Part shown: in pieces, positions 34,585-46,549 of the stretch | Numbering within the stretch: position 1 is the first letter of the stretch | Layout: every line of letters starts with the position of its first letter | Assembly (NCBI GenBank): GCA_000004985.1 | Contig: GG738886.1 | DNA length: 64,000 bases | Strand: one strand, 5' to 3' | Source: Naegleria gruberi | Taxonomy: Eukaryota | The notes under the pieces: model-generated | Database searches by the model: none | What the model was told of the DNA's origin: nothing | Seen by the model: the letters and a program-made list of their open reading frames with translations, nothing else | Program-made: the position numbers and the translations under genes

Positions 34585-35953
34585 ATGTTATTGATCAATC
34601 ACAAGTTTCTCTTTCTTATTAGATATTTCAAGATGATGCCAAATCCAATCTTTGGGTTCAACTTTAACTCATTGATTAATTTTACCTGGTATTGTAATAA
34701 AAAAATGAATGATGAATTGAAAGTTAAATGTCAATTAATTGATCTTTATGATGGAGATGGCACTGATCGATCGCAACAATTATTGAAAGGAAAATACAAT
34801 GATGAACGGTTCAATCATAGGAGGGAATTTATGAAGGTTTTTGTTAGGATTAGGCCTCCAAGTGTGCGGGATTTAGAATTACATCAGGGTGTGGCGATCC
34901 AAACAAATGATGATACCAAAATCGAATTAACATATCAGCACACTAATACAACAAGAGTTGGAGGAGTAGAAGGAGAAGGATTAACAGCTTGTGATCAAAA
35001 AGAAGAATTTATTGTGGATCGAGTATTTGACTTCGGACGGAATAATGATAATATTTGGAATTATTTTGGAGAGGAAATGGTTCATCAATGTTTGAAAGGA
35101 TTTAATTATTCTTTAATTTCATAGTGAGTATTTGAAATTCGATAACAAATATGGAATTATTGATGAATATTAGTGGACAAACAGGATCTGGGAAAACTTT
35201 CACCCTTCTTAATAATGAAAATGGTCTTGTTCCACTGTTTGGAGAAAGTATCTTTAGACAATTGGAAGATAAAGGCAATTTTTCACAGCTGGAATATGTT
35301 ATTGAGATGAGTGTTCTTGAAATTTATAATGAATCTTGCTATGACATGTTAAATAACAGTACAATTAAATTGAAAATAAGGTAAATAGGATTGTTGGTCA
35401 TGATTCTAATGTTAGTAGAGAGACAAGGGATGAAGGTGTTCATGTTGAAAATATAACACAACATCAAGTTAATTCAAAAGGGCAAATTGAGGAATTATTA
35501 AAAACAGCTCGTAAAAATTTGATGTTCAAGCAAACGAATATGGGACAAGCATCGTCGAGAGGAACTTTGATTTACTCATTTAGACTCTCACAACTGAACT
35601 CAAATGGACTAGTAAGAAAATCTTTTATTCATTTTGTGGACCTTGCTGGAAGTGAAAGACTAAAGAAGACTAACACCACACTACTTGAAAGAAACAAGTC
35701 CATTAGCACCTTCTCGAAGATTCTCCACGCCTTAGACTGTAGCCAACCTAAGGCATATCACATTCCATATAGAGAATCCAAGTTGACTCGTCTTTTGCAA
35801 GAGAGTTTGGGTGGAAATTGCAGGACAATAATGTTATTCCATGTATCTCCTTCCAATAGCTGCAGCCAAGAATCTCTTTCAACACTAAGAGAAGCAAAAT
35901 CAGCCAAATATGCAATGACCAGGCCAAAAAAACCTCATCACGAAAGCAAGTAA
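34585..35953 (+). CDS. Kinesin-like motor protein, three exons with micro-introns
   Basis: Removing the intron at 35124..35173 (GTGAGT...TATTAG) restores GFNYSLISYGQTGSGKTF (kinesin P-loop). A second intron at about 35381..35418 joins KIR|ETRDEGVHVEN. SSRGTLIY (SSRSH), FVDLAGSERL (switch II) and HIPYRESKLTRLLQESLGGN are present. The protein seems to end about 15 aa after the motor. Confidence 0.8.
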
Positions 35954-36147
35954 AAAAATTTTGTTTTGCAAATTCTATTTTTATTTCACTCAAAATTTTA
36001 AGCTGTATGCCTTAATGCAAATTACATGTTTTTCCAAAGCAAAAAAAAAGGAAACAAGTCACAACCCGCTTTTTTTCCTCCCTGTTAAATTACCAGTGCA
36101 TTTGCAGTTAATACTTAATAAGACCAAAAGAAAATTTCACAACTAGC

Positions 36148-37579
36148 ATGAAGATCAACAGCACCTCCTCTATCATCATTAATACTCACATCATGAAACA
36201 ACCAGAAGTTAATTTTGAGGAACAACCAGTTGTTCTTTCCTTGGATGTAACATTTTCAAGCCCATTACTTAAATCAACAATTGACAATCAAAGAAAGCTC
36301 CATGAGAATTGGTGTAAGGAGGCAGATCTATTCAGAAATGCCATTATCACTCCTTTGGAATATTGTGTCAGAGAAGAATCAAGATTTGGAAAACGAAAGC
36401 AAGAATATTCTCCTTATGTAATTAAAGGTCAAGAATTTATTTACATGAAAAAGTTAAAGAATCTTAGTGAGGACATGGAAGAATGCTCCACAACAAACGA
36501 ACGATACGATTCACCAGTGAGAGATGGTGTTGAACAATCCAAAAAGAAGAAACGTTTCTATTGTGAACAAGTTGATAGTTTGGAAGCCATTCCAATTGAA
36601 TTGAGAAACAGCAAAGAGTACATGATGGAACGTGTTAAGAAAAATGGTTTGTATCTTCATTATGCTCATCCTAGATTGCTGTTTGATCAAGAATTGTTAT
36701 TGGAAGCTATACGAAATAACGGAGATGCTTTCAAATATGTTCCATTTACATTTAGAAAAGATGAAGAATTCTTGAAAAGAGCTCTTGAATTGAATGGTGA
36801 TGCTTTTATGTTTCTTCATGGGGAGATGAGAAAGAGGAAAGATTTATTCGATTCTGCCATAATAACAAGTGGAAGAGCATTCGAACATGCAGACAATTCA
36901 ATAAGAACTGGTTATTTCAATGCAGTTCAAGCTGTGTCAAAGTACTGGAGCAATCTTTCACATTAGAGCATCTGTACCTTACTATTCTAATTTAATTAAT
37001 ATTATTCTCAGTTCTAATCAATTACAAGACTCTGAATTGGTTAATTCAAACTTGATCACCGATAGGTATGATGCATTGACATATCTTGACATTTCACACA
37101 AGGCATTTATTATGGCAACAAGAGAATGTAGGAATGATGAGGCAGTAATTATAAAGGCATTGAGAAAGAATTTAATCATTGCCAACTATCTCACTATTGA
37201 ACAATGGAATATTATCATTAACCATCCAATTATCGTGGAAATAGTTCGATTCCCAGCTCTAGAAATGAATCTTGATACAGCAACACTCATTCTTGAAAAT
37301 TCAACGTTGCTTGAGAATGTTAGAGCTCTTGTTAAAAGATATCCATCATTAACAAAAAGTTTAACCAATTTGGAAATGATATTTGATCCTTTCATATTGA
37401 GATATTTACCAAAAAGAGAACAATTTAGAATTCTCTTTGGTAAAGAAGAAAAATTCAAAAGTACTGCACAAGTTACAGACTTTGATATGAACTTGAATTT
37501 GCTGAAAGAGAGATTTGCAAAATCACATCCTGGATTAGTTATTCCTTTCCACAGATTTGGATTAATACAAAAAAAGTAA
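36148..37579 (+). CDS. DUF4116-type repeat protein, paralog 3 (two ORFs 36148..36966 and 36920..37579 offset by +1)
   Basis: Repeats IELRNSKEYMMERVKKNGLYLHYAH, FTFRKDEEFLKRALELNGDAFMFLH, ADNSIRTGYFNAVQA and RECRNDEAVIIKALRKN. No canonical splice sites at the frame change. Possible frameshift, pseudogene or sequence error. Confidence 0.5.
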
Positions 37580-37678
37580 CTTGTTTATCACTTACCTAAA
37601 ATAAAAGCATTGCAAATAAATTACAAAAAAGGGTAGAAAACAAGCAGATATTTAATAAATTAATCTTTAGAATGTAAA

Positions 37679-38776
37679 TTATTCATATCTATCAAACGCA
37701 AGAGTTTTAAGAATGTTAAATTCTTCTTTCATTTCTGGAGTAACCACCATCTTGTCAAAAAATCTTTCCAACACTATTTTGAATTCAGAAATAGAGAGCT
37801 TAAAGTAGGAGCAACATTCGAGTAGATTTTGAATTCTTTGGATTTGTTGGGTTGTGTTGACACTAATAGTTGTTTGGGAGGAGCATATTTCAAGAAGGAT
37901 TTTAGATGCATCTGCAGTTCTATTCAAACCTTGAAGGAGGGGTAAAAAATCCAACAAGTTATCATGAGTTGTCCACAGAGTTGAAATAATAGATGAAATA
38001 TCTTTCTTTGAAATTAGTAATGATTTCAAATAGCTCATAATATTGTGAGACAATTTGAATTTCTCGTTCCAAATATCGAAAAATTCATTATTGACCTTAT
38101 TTGTTTTCACTAATTTGATGTATGTTGTATAGAATTCATTCTTTAAATTCTCCAAATAATTAGTGACTATAAAAGTATTTAACCTGACTAATCTAGTTTT
38201 GTAAATCCTGGTAATATCCAAGCAGGTTTCCAAGGATTTTGAATTAAACGAAGTCTTTCCACGATACATATTTGCATTCCAAATTCTAGATTGGAATAAT
38301 TCTAATGAAAGCTTGATATTATAAAAATGATAATAAAACTTCTTAATCATTTTTTCATCTCTCTCCACAAAGGGTTTCCCATTATTGATCTTGCTCAATA
38401 AATATGGTCCAACATTTTCGAATAGAATCTTAAGGCTCTTCTTTGGATAGTAAATCATTAAAGTTTGTCGTGGTGTGAACTTTGTCAAATTTTCCCAATA
38501 TTCTTCTCCTCTCCTAAAATATTTGTGTCTAACACGAGGTAATGTCTGTCGTTTGCCCTTGAATGTTGGTTGATGACTATAATCATATTCCAATTCGGAA
38601 ATATACTGCTGCATCAATTTGAATCTAATATTGGGACAACAATTAGATACAAAGCCCGGATAACACTTCAGCAAGGCATACAATTCATTCCTATCGAGAA
38701 AATCAAAAATACGACTAAATATCTTTTGTGGTAATTGATTCATTTTTTTCTTGATTTTCTCACAATTTTTGATCAA
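37679..38776 (-). CDS. F-box-like hypothetical protein
   Basis: 365-aa ORF. N-terminal QLPQKIFSRIFDFLDRNELYALLKCYPGF matches an F-box (LPxEI...F..L). The rest is unrecognised. Confidence 0.4.
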   Translation of the reverse strand: MIKNCEKIKKKMNQLPQKIFSRIFDFLDRNELYALLKCYPGFVSNCCPNIRFKLMQQYISELEYDYSHQPTFKGKRQTLPRVRHKYFRRGEEYWENLTKFTPRQTLMIYYPKKSLKILFENVGPYLLSKINNGKPFVERDEKMIKKFYYHFYNIKLSLELFQSRIWNANMYRGKTSFNSKSLETCLDITRIYKTRLVRLNTFIVTNYLENLKNEFYTTYIKLVKTNKVNNEFFDIWNEKFKLSHNIMSYLKSLLISKKDISSIISTLWTTHDNLLDFLPLLQGLNRTADASKILLEICSSQTTISVNTTQQIQRIQNLLECCSYFKLSISEFKIVLERFFDKMVVTPEMKEEFNILKTLAFDRYE

Positions 38777-38970
38777 GAGCTAAATCATTCTCCATTCTGA
38801 AATTGAATGTTTTACAATGAAAATTAAAGTTTGAAATTGTGGTTATTATAATCCTTCTAAGAATCGTGGGTAGAGATTTTCTTTTTCTGCAAGAGTATAA
38901 TAATTAAGCTATAAAAAATCAACTTGTATTAATGTCTATATGTACACAGAGTTGCTTGAAAACAACTCTT

Positions 38971-40515
38971 TCAATAGGCAGTATTTGTTACTACAATTTC
39001 TATATCACTCACATGTCTATTTCTATATGAATTTTCCAATTGTCTAAAGAAGTATTGAATCATTTTGCTATGTTTCTCGGCTATAATCATTACCATATCG
39101 AATATATTAGCACTAGCAATACAGTAAAACTTACTTGCTACAATCAAAGAGAATTCTGAACCACCAGCAATTTTAACATCATCCAGGAAAGAAAACTTGA
39201 AAGGCAGTTCCAACTCTAATTGTCCCTTGTTCTTCTCTGTTTCATAAACTAGAACATTTTTGTAATAAATCCTACTCAAAAAATTTGAATTACATACTAT
39301 GTGATTTGTATCTGAAAAATGTTCTAGTAAATATTGGATAAATTTCTAGATTTACAACATCAGGACTATGTTGGGTAAGTGGTTGAGGAAGGTCAACATA
39401 ACTAAACATCTCACTTTCATTTTTATGCTTTGTTCCTAGTTGACCATTATCATTCCAACCATTAGCAACAACTGCAAAAGGTCCTGGCTTTTCAATCTGT
39501 TGTCCACCAGTTATAACCATGGAATGATATCCTAATTTACAAGCGTATGCTCTCAGTACATTTTGGAAAACATCCAATTTATGATAATATTCATAACTTT
39601 TAGATGCAAAGACTATTACAACAATAAACAACTCTGAAATTGCCAATCGACTTACTTTGATTATTTTCATTTGAACCTGTTACCCAAACTTCTGAATTGT
39701 CAGATAATATCAGAGTAAAATAACGTCCACAGTATAGCTCCTTAATGGTATGTTTCATTTCCTTTTGACATTTTCCATCAACGTGAAAATATGATTGAGC
39801 AAACTGTTCAGTATCTGTAGCACTTTTTGTTCCCTTAACAACGTGTTGATTTCACACAATTTTTGTAAACTTACTGTTTGAAAGAAGGAGGAATAACCAC
39901 AACCATATGCCCATCTCCTGTTCACTGCAAGACAGGTATGATATCTTCCACAGGAAAAGTGAGTAATTTCTCTTTTTATAGGTGTTTCCTCAAAGAAATC
40001 ATCTTCATCCCAAAGAAATTCACAACTTGCCTCTGTAAACTGTCCAACATTAGAATCATTCAATAATTTTCCTTTTTGTTTGAAAATTTTATCACTTCCA
40101 TAATTAAACAACCTATTACACTTTGTAACAATCCAAACATTACCCTCTCCACCATCAATAAACTTGATTTCCAAACGTTTTGATTTAAATTCGGTATGTC
40201 TAATAATTTTCAAAGCATCACCCAAACAATTTAATTCTAATATTATCATCATTATCAGAAAATCATCAAATTACTAAAGATTCTCCTACCTGTAATTGTC
40301 ATATCAGAATGTACAACAAAAAATCCTTGATTAATAGAAGAAACATATAAAATTTGTTCCGATCCAACAAAAACTGAAGCCAAATCCAGCATGTTATGAT
40401 AATCACCTGTTTTGGTGGATTGCAAAATACGATCATCCTCCGATTGCACTCTGAAAGGTGTATTTTGTTTGGTGAGAAGAACAATACGATGATCAGAAGT
40501 TTTGTTTCTTTTCAT
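38971..40515 (-). CDS. RCC1-like repeat protein, multi-exon (hypothetical)
   Basis: Consecutive minus-strand ORFs 40255..40515, 39755..40252, 39290..39670 and 38971..39279 carry RCC1-type signatures (GWNDNGQLG, FSCGRYHTCLAV). They are separated by short gaps consistent with 40-60 nt introns. Junctions not resolved. Confidence 0.35.
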
Positions 40516-40663
40516 TTTTTTTGATTAAAAACCTAAATTCAGCTTTTTTACAATGAGTATTGAAAGTATTGAAGTATTATTATTGAATATTGAATATATT
40601 TGAAATAATGTACATTTTATTTAGATAAAAAATCAAGTATTTGTGTTCTCTTCAGTTCAGAAA

Positions 40664-42584
40664 TTATTGAATGAAACATTTCTTATTGGCATCATCCAAC
40701 TGGTTTTCTTCACCTTGTTTCACCCCATCATGATCAGTTGTTGCAACTGTGTTTGAAATGGTGTGACGAGGAGAAGGATTGGTTGTGTGGCCTTCGATAC
40801 TGACATTGTTGTTGGCCATCATTTGTGAAATTTCCTTCAAATTGTCCTCAGTTAAGCCAGCAGTGAGAGCTTTGGAATTTGCATAATATTTGGATTGTCT
40901 CTTGTCCTGGGATTGATTTACATTGATACGAAAATAGGGTGTTTCTTGATCTGCTTCTGCAAAACTCTTTTCAACCAGTTGTTTCATCTTTTCATCATCT
41001 TCTGATTCATTGATACTGCTTGTGGTTGATTCATCGTCCATAGATTGATTATTTTCCTTTTGATTAATGGTATGACCGTGAATGTGAGTGCCTGATTCCT
41101 CCTCTAGTTCATAATGATTCATATCATAGTGATGCTTATCCTCTTCACCAATATCCTCTTCATATTCATCGTGTTCACTCTCATTGGAAATTTCACTTTC
41201 TGTGAATTTTTCAAAATAGTCACGATCCTGAACTGTTGGTACGAATTTTGGAACCTCAATAATCCTCTGTTTAAATGCAACATTATAATCCTCTGCCAAA
41301 CTTTCACATGTTTCATGAGCTTCATCCAAAATTCCCTTCGGTGTCACTTGCACAACCTTAGCAAAAATAGTATTAATGACATCAGTGCACAATTCATCAA
41401 TTCCTTCACCTGTTGCAGCACTTACTTCCCTATAAATAATATTCTTTTCTTTTGCCATTTCAATTGCTTCCTCTCTGGAAACATCTCTCTTTGAATCGTT
41501 TGAACCATTGTTTTCCTTTCCTGAATCAGTACTTGATGAGGAAAGTGTTGAATTGTGTCCAAATCGAGTAGATCCATGATACTTTTGAAAATTATCACAC
41601 TTATTTGCAACTAGGAAAATTGGTAAATTAGGATTTCTCTTTCTAATCATTGGCAACCACTTGTTGATTGAATTGAAATAGGAACGTTTACTTCTCACAT
41701 TGAAAACAATAATAACACAATGTGTAAATGTTCCATACATTCTGCAAACTTTCACATATGTTCCAATATCAACAATATTCGAATCATAAATTTGTAATTG
41801 AATGGAATTGTTTGGTTCGTAGGTGTGTTGAATGAGTGATGAAAATTGGGACATTCCCTCCGTACTAATTAACTTTTTAATGTATTCCTTCTTGGGTGAT
41901 TGTCTAGTGAGTAATCTAAACATGACACTTGACTTTCCGACTATTGTGAAAATGTTGATGCTAAATATTATTCGAAAGTATAATGATAAACTTACCCTTC
42001 TTATCTCCCAAAATCATGACTTTAAATTGATAATTATGAATCAAAGGAGAAAAGTAACACGGATTATTATAAAGTGGAATATTAGATTCGTCCAAAGTTT
42101 CGTCCACTTTCTCTTCATTAGTGTCTTGTTGCTCTGAGAGTAATATTTGTTTCATATCCTTTTCAACATCATAATTTCTCTCAATACCTCTCCTCCAACG
42201 CCATCTCGAATATCTCGTCAATAGAAAGTACAATTCTTTCCATTCATACTTCTTCAATGATGGTACTGCAGCAACTGTTGGTGAAGAATTTAATGATGTT
42301 GGTGATGATTTATTCAATAGTGATGGAGATGATGAGAATGTTGCAACTGATGGTGATGATGGTGTGAATTGATGAGGAAGAAATTGAAGTTTTAATTCAC
42401 GTTCCAACAAGAGTTGCCACAAGTTGGAATCCTCCAATGCTTGATTCCACTCCTTTGAGATGGTGTAGCACTGTTTGAGAATGGTTTTTGTATCGAGGAA
42501 GAGCATAATGTTACGAAAGGATAGCAGTGGACCTGTATCGGCTCCTGATGTTATTGGAAAGAATGGAGTAGCGTCTCGAGGCAT
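40664..42584 (-). CDS. F-box-like N-terminus fused to a Ras-superfamily small GTPase domain with an acidic tail
   Basis: Exon 41961..42584 carries an F-box-like segment (LLSFRNIMLFLDTKTILKQCYTISKEWNQALEDSNLWQLL) and a G1-like FKVMILGDKKGK. Exon 40664..41923 has GTPase blocks (DSNIVDIGTY, LVANKCD = NKxD, REVSAATGEGI) and a long D/E/S-rich tail. Confidence 0.45.
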
Positions 42585-42687
42585 TTTGTTAAACTAATTG
42601 GATGTCAACGTTGAAGATAAAAGAAAATTATGATGATGGGTAGTTGAGCCCTTCACAAAATTACATGTCAGATTGGGTTTTTATTGT

Positions 42688-44850
42688 TTACAAAGTTCTC
42701 AATTCAGAGAGTTTTTCAAGGAAAGATTGTGGTGTGAGGATTGAGGTAGATCCAAAGAATACATCCATACTGTGTTCTGACATCAATTCGTAACAACTTC
42801 TTGTTTCGCTGTGTGTCATACCACCAATTACAAAGACGAACATCTTCATACTATTGTCAATCTTGGTACTTGTTGTTGTTGAGATGGTTGTTTCTTCTGG
42901 TTCTGAACCGCCCTTCTTCTTATTCCATGTTGGACCACCAGTCTTTTTAGATCTCAAATCACTTGTTGTAGATTCAGACCTGCTTGATGAGGTCTTTGAA
43001 GAAGAAGCAGTAGAAGCTTTACCTGTATCCTTATTGGAAAGCTTAAAGTTACTTGGTGGATCGTTAATGTATGGATAATTTTCTGTTTCCAATTTACCAG
43101 TCATACATTTTTCAGCAAGTTCCTTAATCTTTGGAGTATATCTGGAGAGTTGATAACCAACTTCCTTATCGCTACCGCCTGACTTTTTGAACGAGTCAAA
43201 GAATTTAGACAACTTGGATGAAAATCCACTCTTTGAGGATTTGATCAAGGCAGCCAAATTATTAATAGTATCAATACGTTCGTCGGTCAATCTGGCCATT
43301 CTACATAACTTGTCCTTCTTGTCATCCATCTTTCCTTGATTGAAAATAACGAACAACATAATTAATCTCATCTTGTTTTCATCATCCACACTGTTGTTTG
43401 AGAGAATAGCTCCAATAGTAGTCATGAGTTCTTTAGTGGTAGCCTTTTGACCTTCTGGAGATTCACCAGTAGCCATATTTTGTTCTTCAATAGCAATCTT
43501 GCTCAAGCTTTGTTCACGGAAAATTGTCAATAAATCCTTGTTGATTTGTTTGTGCATAGAATACATTGAGAGATTCTTTTGGTATTGAGGGAGTTTTCTG
43601 ATCATGTCAGACATTTCAGCAGCTTCCAATTTCTTACCAACTTCCTTCTTTTGAGCATTTGAAATATCTTGATGTTCGTTCAAGAATTGGTCAATTTCCT
43701 TTTGTAATTCTTTACCGAGTTCAGCAAAGTGAACGTGTCTAAATCTTTCCCATACTGGATCATACTGTTCGTCCAATAAAACTCTCTTTGTCTTTTGTTG
43801 TTTGTCTCCACTTGTGAATGAGTAACTGTAGATATTATCCTATAATAATAATAATAAATTATAAAAAATCCAAATGAAATCAATACAGAATAATTTTGAA
43901 TTGTTAGAAAACAAGTACAAAATTAAAACATACCAAAGGTGAAACCTTGACCAAATCATAAGTCATAGCTTGATAGGTAAATTCGTGGAGAAGAGGAGCA
44001 TTAATGTCTTCAGTACGGTCTACAATTAAAACAATGGATTTATCCTTGGTAAGTCCCTTTGACTTGGCAATCAAATCATAGAGTCTACTGGCAGCAGTTT
44101 TAGAAACAACTGAATCGGAAGCATAACGAACATATGGAGCAAATCCAGAGGTCAAGAAGAAGGTATATAATTGGTCGGCAATTTGATTGGCATACTTTTC
44201 CTTTTCACGGTTGTCAACATCCAACATTCTTTGAATATCGTTTTGTTGTTTAAAAGTAAAAATTGGTCTTTCAACTGCAAGGAAATCAATATTGACTTCA
44301 GACAAGGTTTTTACACGAGCGTGAAGTCTAGATCTTGAAATTTCCTCCATTAAACTTTCAGGTAATCCTATTATTATTGTTATTATTAATGTTGTTGTAT
44401 AATAATTAATTTTGTATTCGAGTCCAATCATTCGGCATCACAAATATAATTAATAACAGTATTGTTTGGGCAATAGTGTAAATAACACATTAAAATTAAT
44501 GTATACATACTACTGGTGAAAAGTAGGTGAGCATTTCCGTAAGTTGGTTTGTTTGGAGTATTATAATCTTCAATAACCTTTTCTACAGAACTTTTAGTTG
44601 GGGAAACAAAGTAAATAGCATCCATGGTAGGGAATGGTTGTCTCTTCTTGGACAAACTTTCAATAATTGTAACATTCTTAACCATCAGATCGCTTACTTT
44701 ACAAGCTGAAGAAATGACTTGCATAGCATTATCATCAACAATTAAAACTTTCCATTGGTCCTTTTCTCCAACACCTTCCAATACCTTCAACAAGGAAGCT
44801 TTGACTTTTTCTCTAATATTGAGAGATGTAATGCCCGTTGATCTCGACAT
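42688..44850 (-). CDS. Sec1/Munc18 family syntaxin-binding protein, three exons or more
   Basis: Exon 44428..44850 (LKVLEGVGEKDQWKVLIVDDNAMQVISSACKVSDLMVKNVTIIESLSKKRQPFPTMDAIYFVSPT) aligns to the Munc18 N-terminus. Exons 43904..44431 and 42688..43776 continue domains 2 and 3. Confidence 0.8.
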
Positions 44851-45181
44851 TTTTTTTATATTATTTTAATTTTAAAAAAGAGACGTTGAAATCGCGACTC
44901 ATCATTCCATCTATTTAATTTATTATTAAATCGACTCTATGAACATGGTCACGTTTCAATGTTTTACAACTGTATTACATTATGGTCATTTCAAGTTTGT
45001 TGAAAATAATCCATTCATAAAATCATTAAGATGATCATAAATAACTTGCTTCTAGACAATCCCAATTAGTGCCACATTAATAAACCCTTCAAGGAAGATT
45101 CATCAAAGGTTGCCCCACCCAATTTGAACAATGTAATTACATTCCTCCAAACAACATCATCATTAACATTATATTGAAAAA

Positions 45182-46468
45182 ATGTTTCCACAACAGTCAC
45201 ACAAACTCATACTCCTATTGTCTTGCTGTTGCAGTCTCCTATGGTTGGGATCATGTGTTGAGGGTGTCCTATTCGAGGCCACTTCACCTCTCTTTACCTA
45301 TCGACATGGCAGATACTTGAGGGAGAAGGATGCAATTCTATTTGATTGGAGTGGAATGATTATATCAACCCAATTTGTCTATAAACAGGATGTGAATGCA
45401 ACGATGAACATTTTGAATGCAATGGTTCATTTCAAGAGTCATCGACATACTTATAATGTCTACTTGTGGAGATTGAATGAAAATAATGAAAGAGTTAAAT
45501 TGCTTCAACATTCCTTGCTGGCTTGTAATTTGACAGCAGAACACTTTGAGGTGAATTTTAATTGGCCAAAGGATACGATGAGTCAATCCTATACTATTCA
45601 AATGGAATTGGAAAAGAGAACAGAGCCACATCTTGGTATTGTCTCCTTTTATGGAATAACCTTCACTCAAGCTGTTGCACCAGTCTCAATATCGAACACT
45701 GTCAAGAGAGCTAATGATTTGAAGATTGAATTTATTGGAGATTCAATTACTTGTGGGTAACTATTTCTATATATTTAAAGGATTATTAAGCAACCTATTT
45801 ATATAGATATGGTAATTTAGGTAAGCCTCCATGTGGATTTAGTCCTCTTACTGAGGATGTTCACGAGAGTTTTGTTGAAAAAACTGCAAGATATCTGAAT
45901 GCATCTGATATTCATGTTCAATGCTGGAGTGGCAAGGGAATGGTCAGAAATCATGGTGATAAGAATACCACAAGTGCTGAACCATTCTCAACCTATTACC
46001 CAAGAACATTGGCCAATGATCCAAATATTTTATGGAATTTCCAAAAGATATTTGTTCCTGATATTGTTGTCATTACATTGGGAACCAATGATTTCAGTAC
46101 AGCTCCAAGACCTTCATACGAAGAGTTCAGTGGGGCCTATCAAAAATTCCTTGACTATGTCTTTTCACAGTATGCTCCAGTTAAGGGACCTTCTTTCAAA
46201 GTTGTAATGGTTGTAAGTTTTTTTTGATTCATATTTAGAATTAATGATTGTAGAGTCTTGTAACTTTTGGAAATTATGGAGATTACATCCAACAAGTTGC
46301 TGAGAGACAACAAGGTTATGGAAAGAATCTATTCTTTGCAAACTTGAGAGATTTATTACGTAATTTCACACCTGAAGATAAGGGATGTGGAATTCACCCA
46401 AGTGTTGCTGGAGATGAAAAGATGGCCAAAATGTTGAGTGCTTTCATTTCCCAAAAAGTAATAAACTA
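45182..46468 (+). CDS. Secreted SGNH/GDSL hydrolase with N-terminal beta-sandwich-like region (CE2-type esterase-like), three exons
   Basis: Signal peptide MFPQQSHKLILLLSCCCSLLWLGSC. Block I IEFIGDSITCG (GDS). Block III ITLGTNDF. C-terminal GCGIHPSVAGDEKMA (His motif). Introns at about 45761..45808 and about 46211..46252 were spliced by eye and keep the frame. An about 180-aa non-catalytic N-domain ahead of the SGNH fold matches the CE2 architecture. Confidence 0.6.
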
Positions 46469-46549
46469 GTTCTTTAAATAGTACTTAAACTAACTAACAT
46501 TCTTTGTTTCCTTGACTTGAAAACTCTTATTTGAAATATTTTAAATGAT

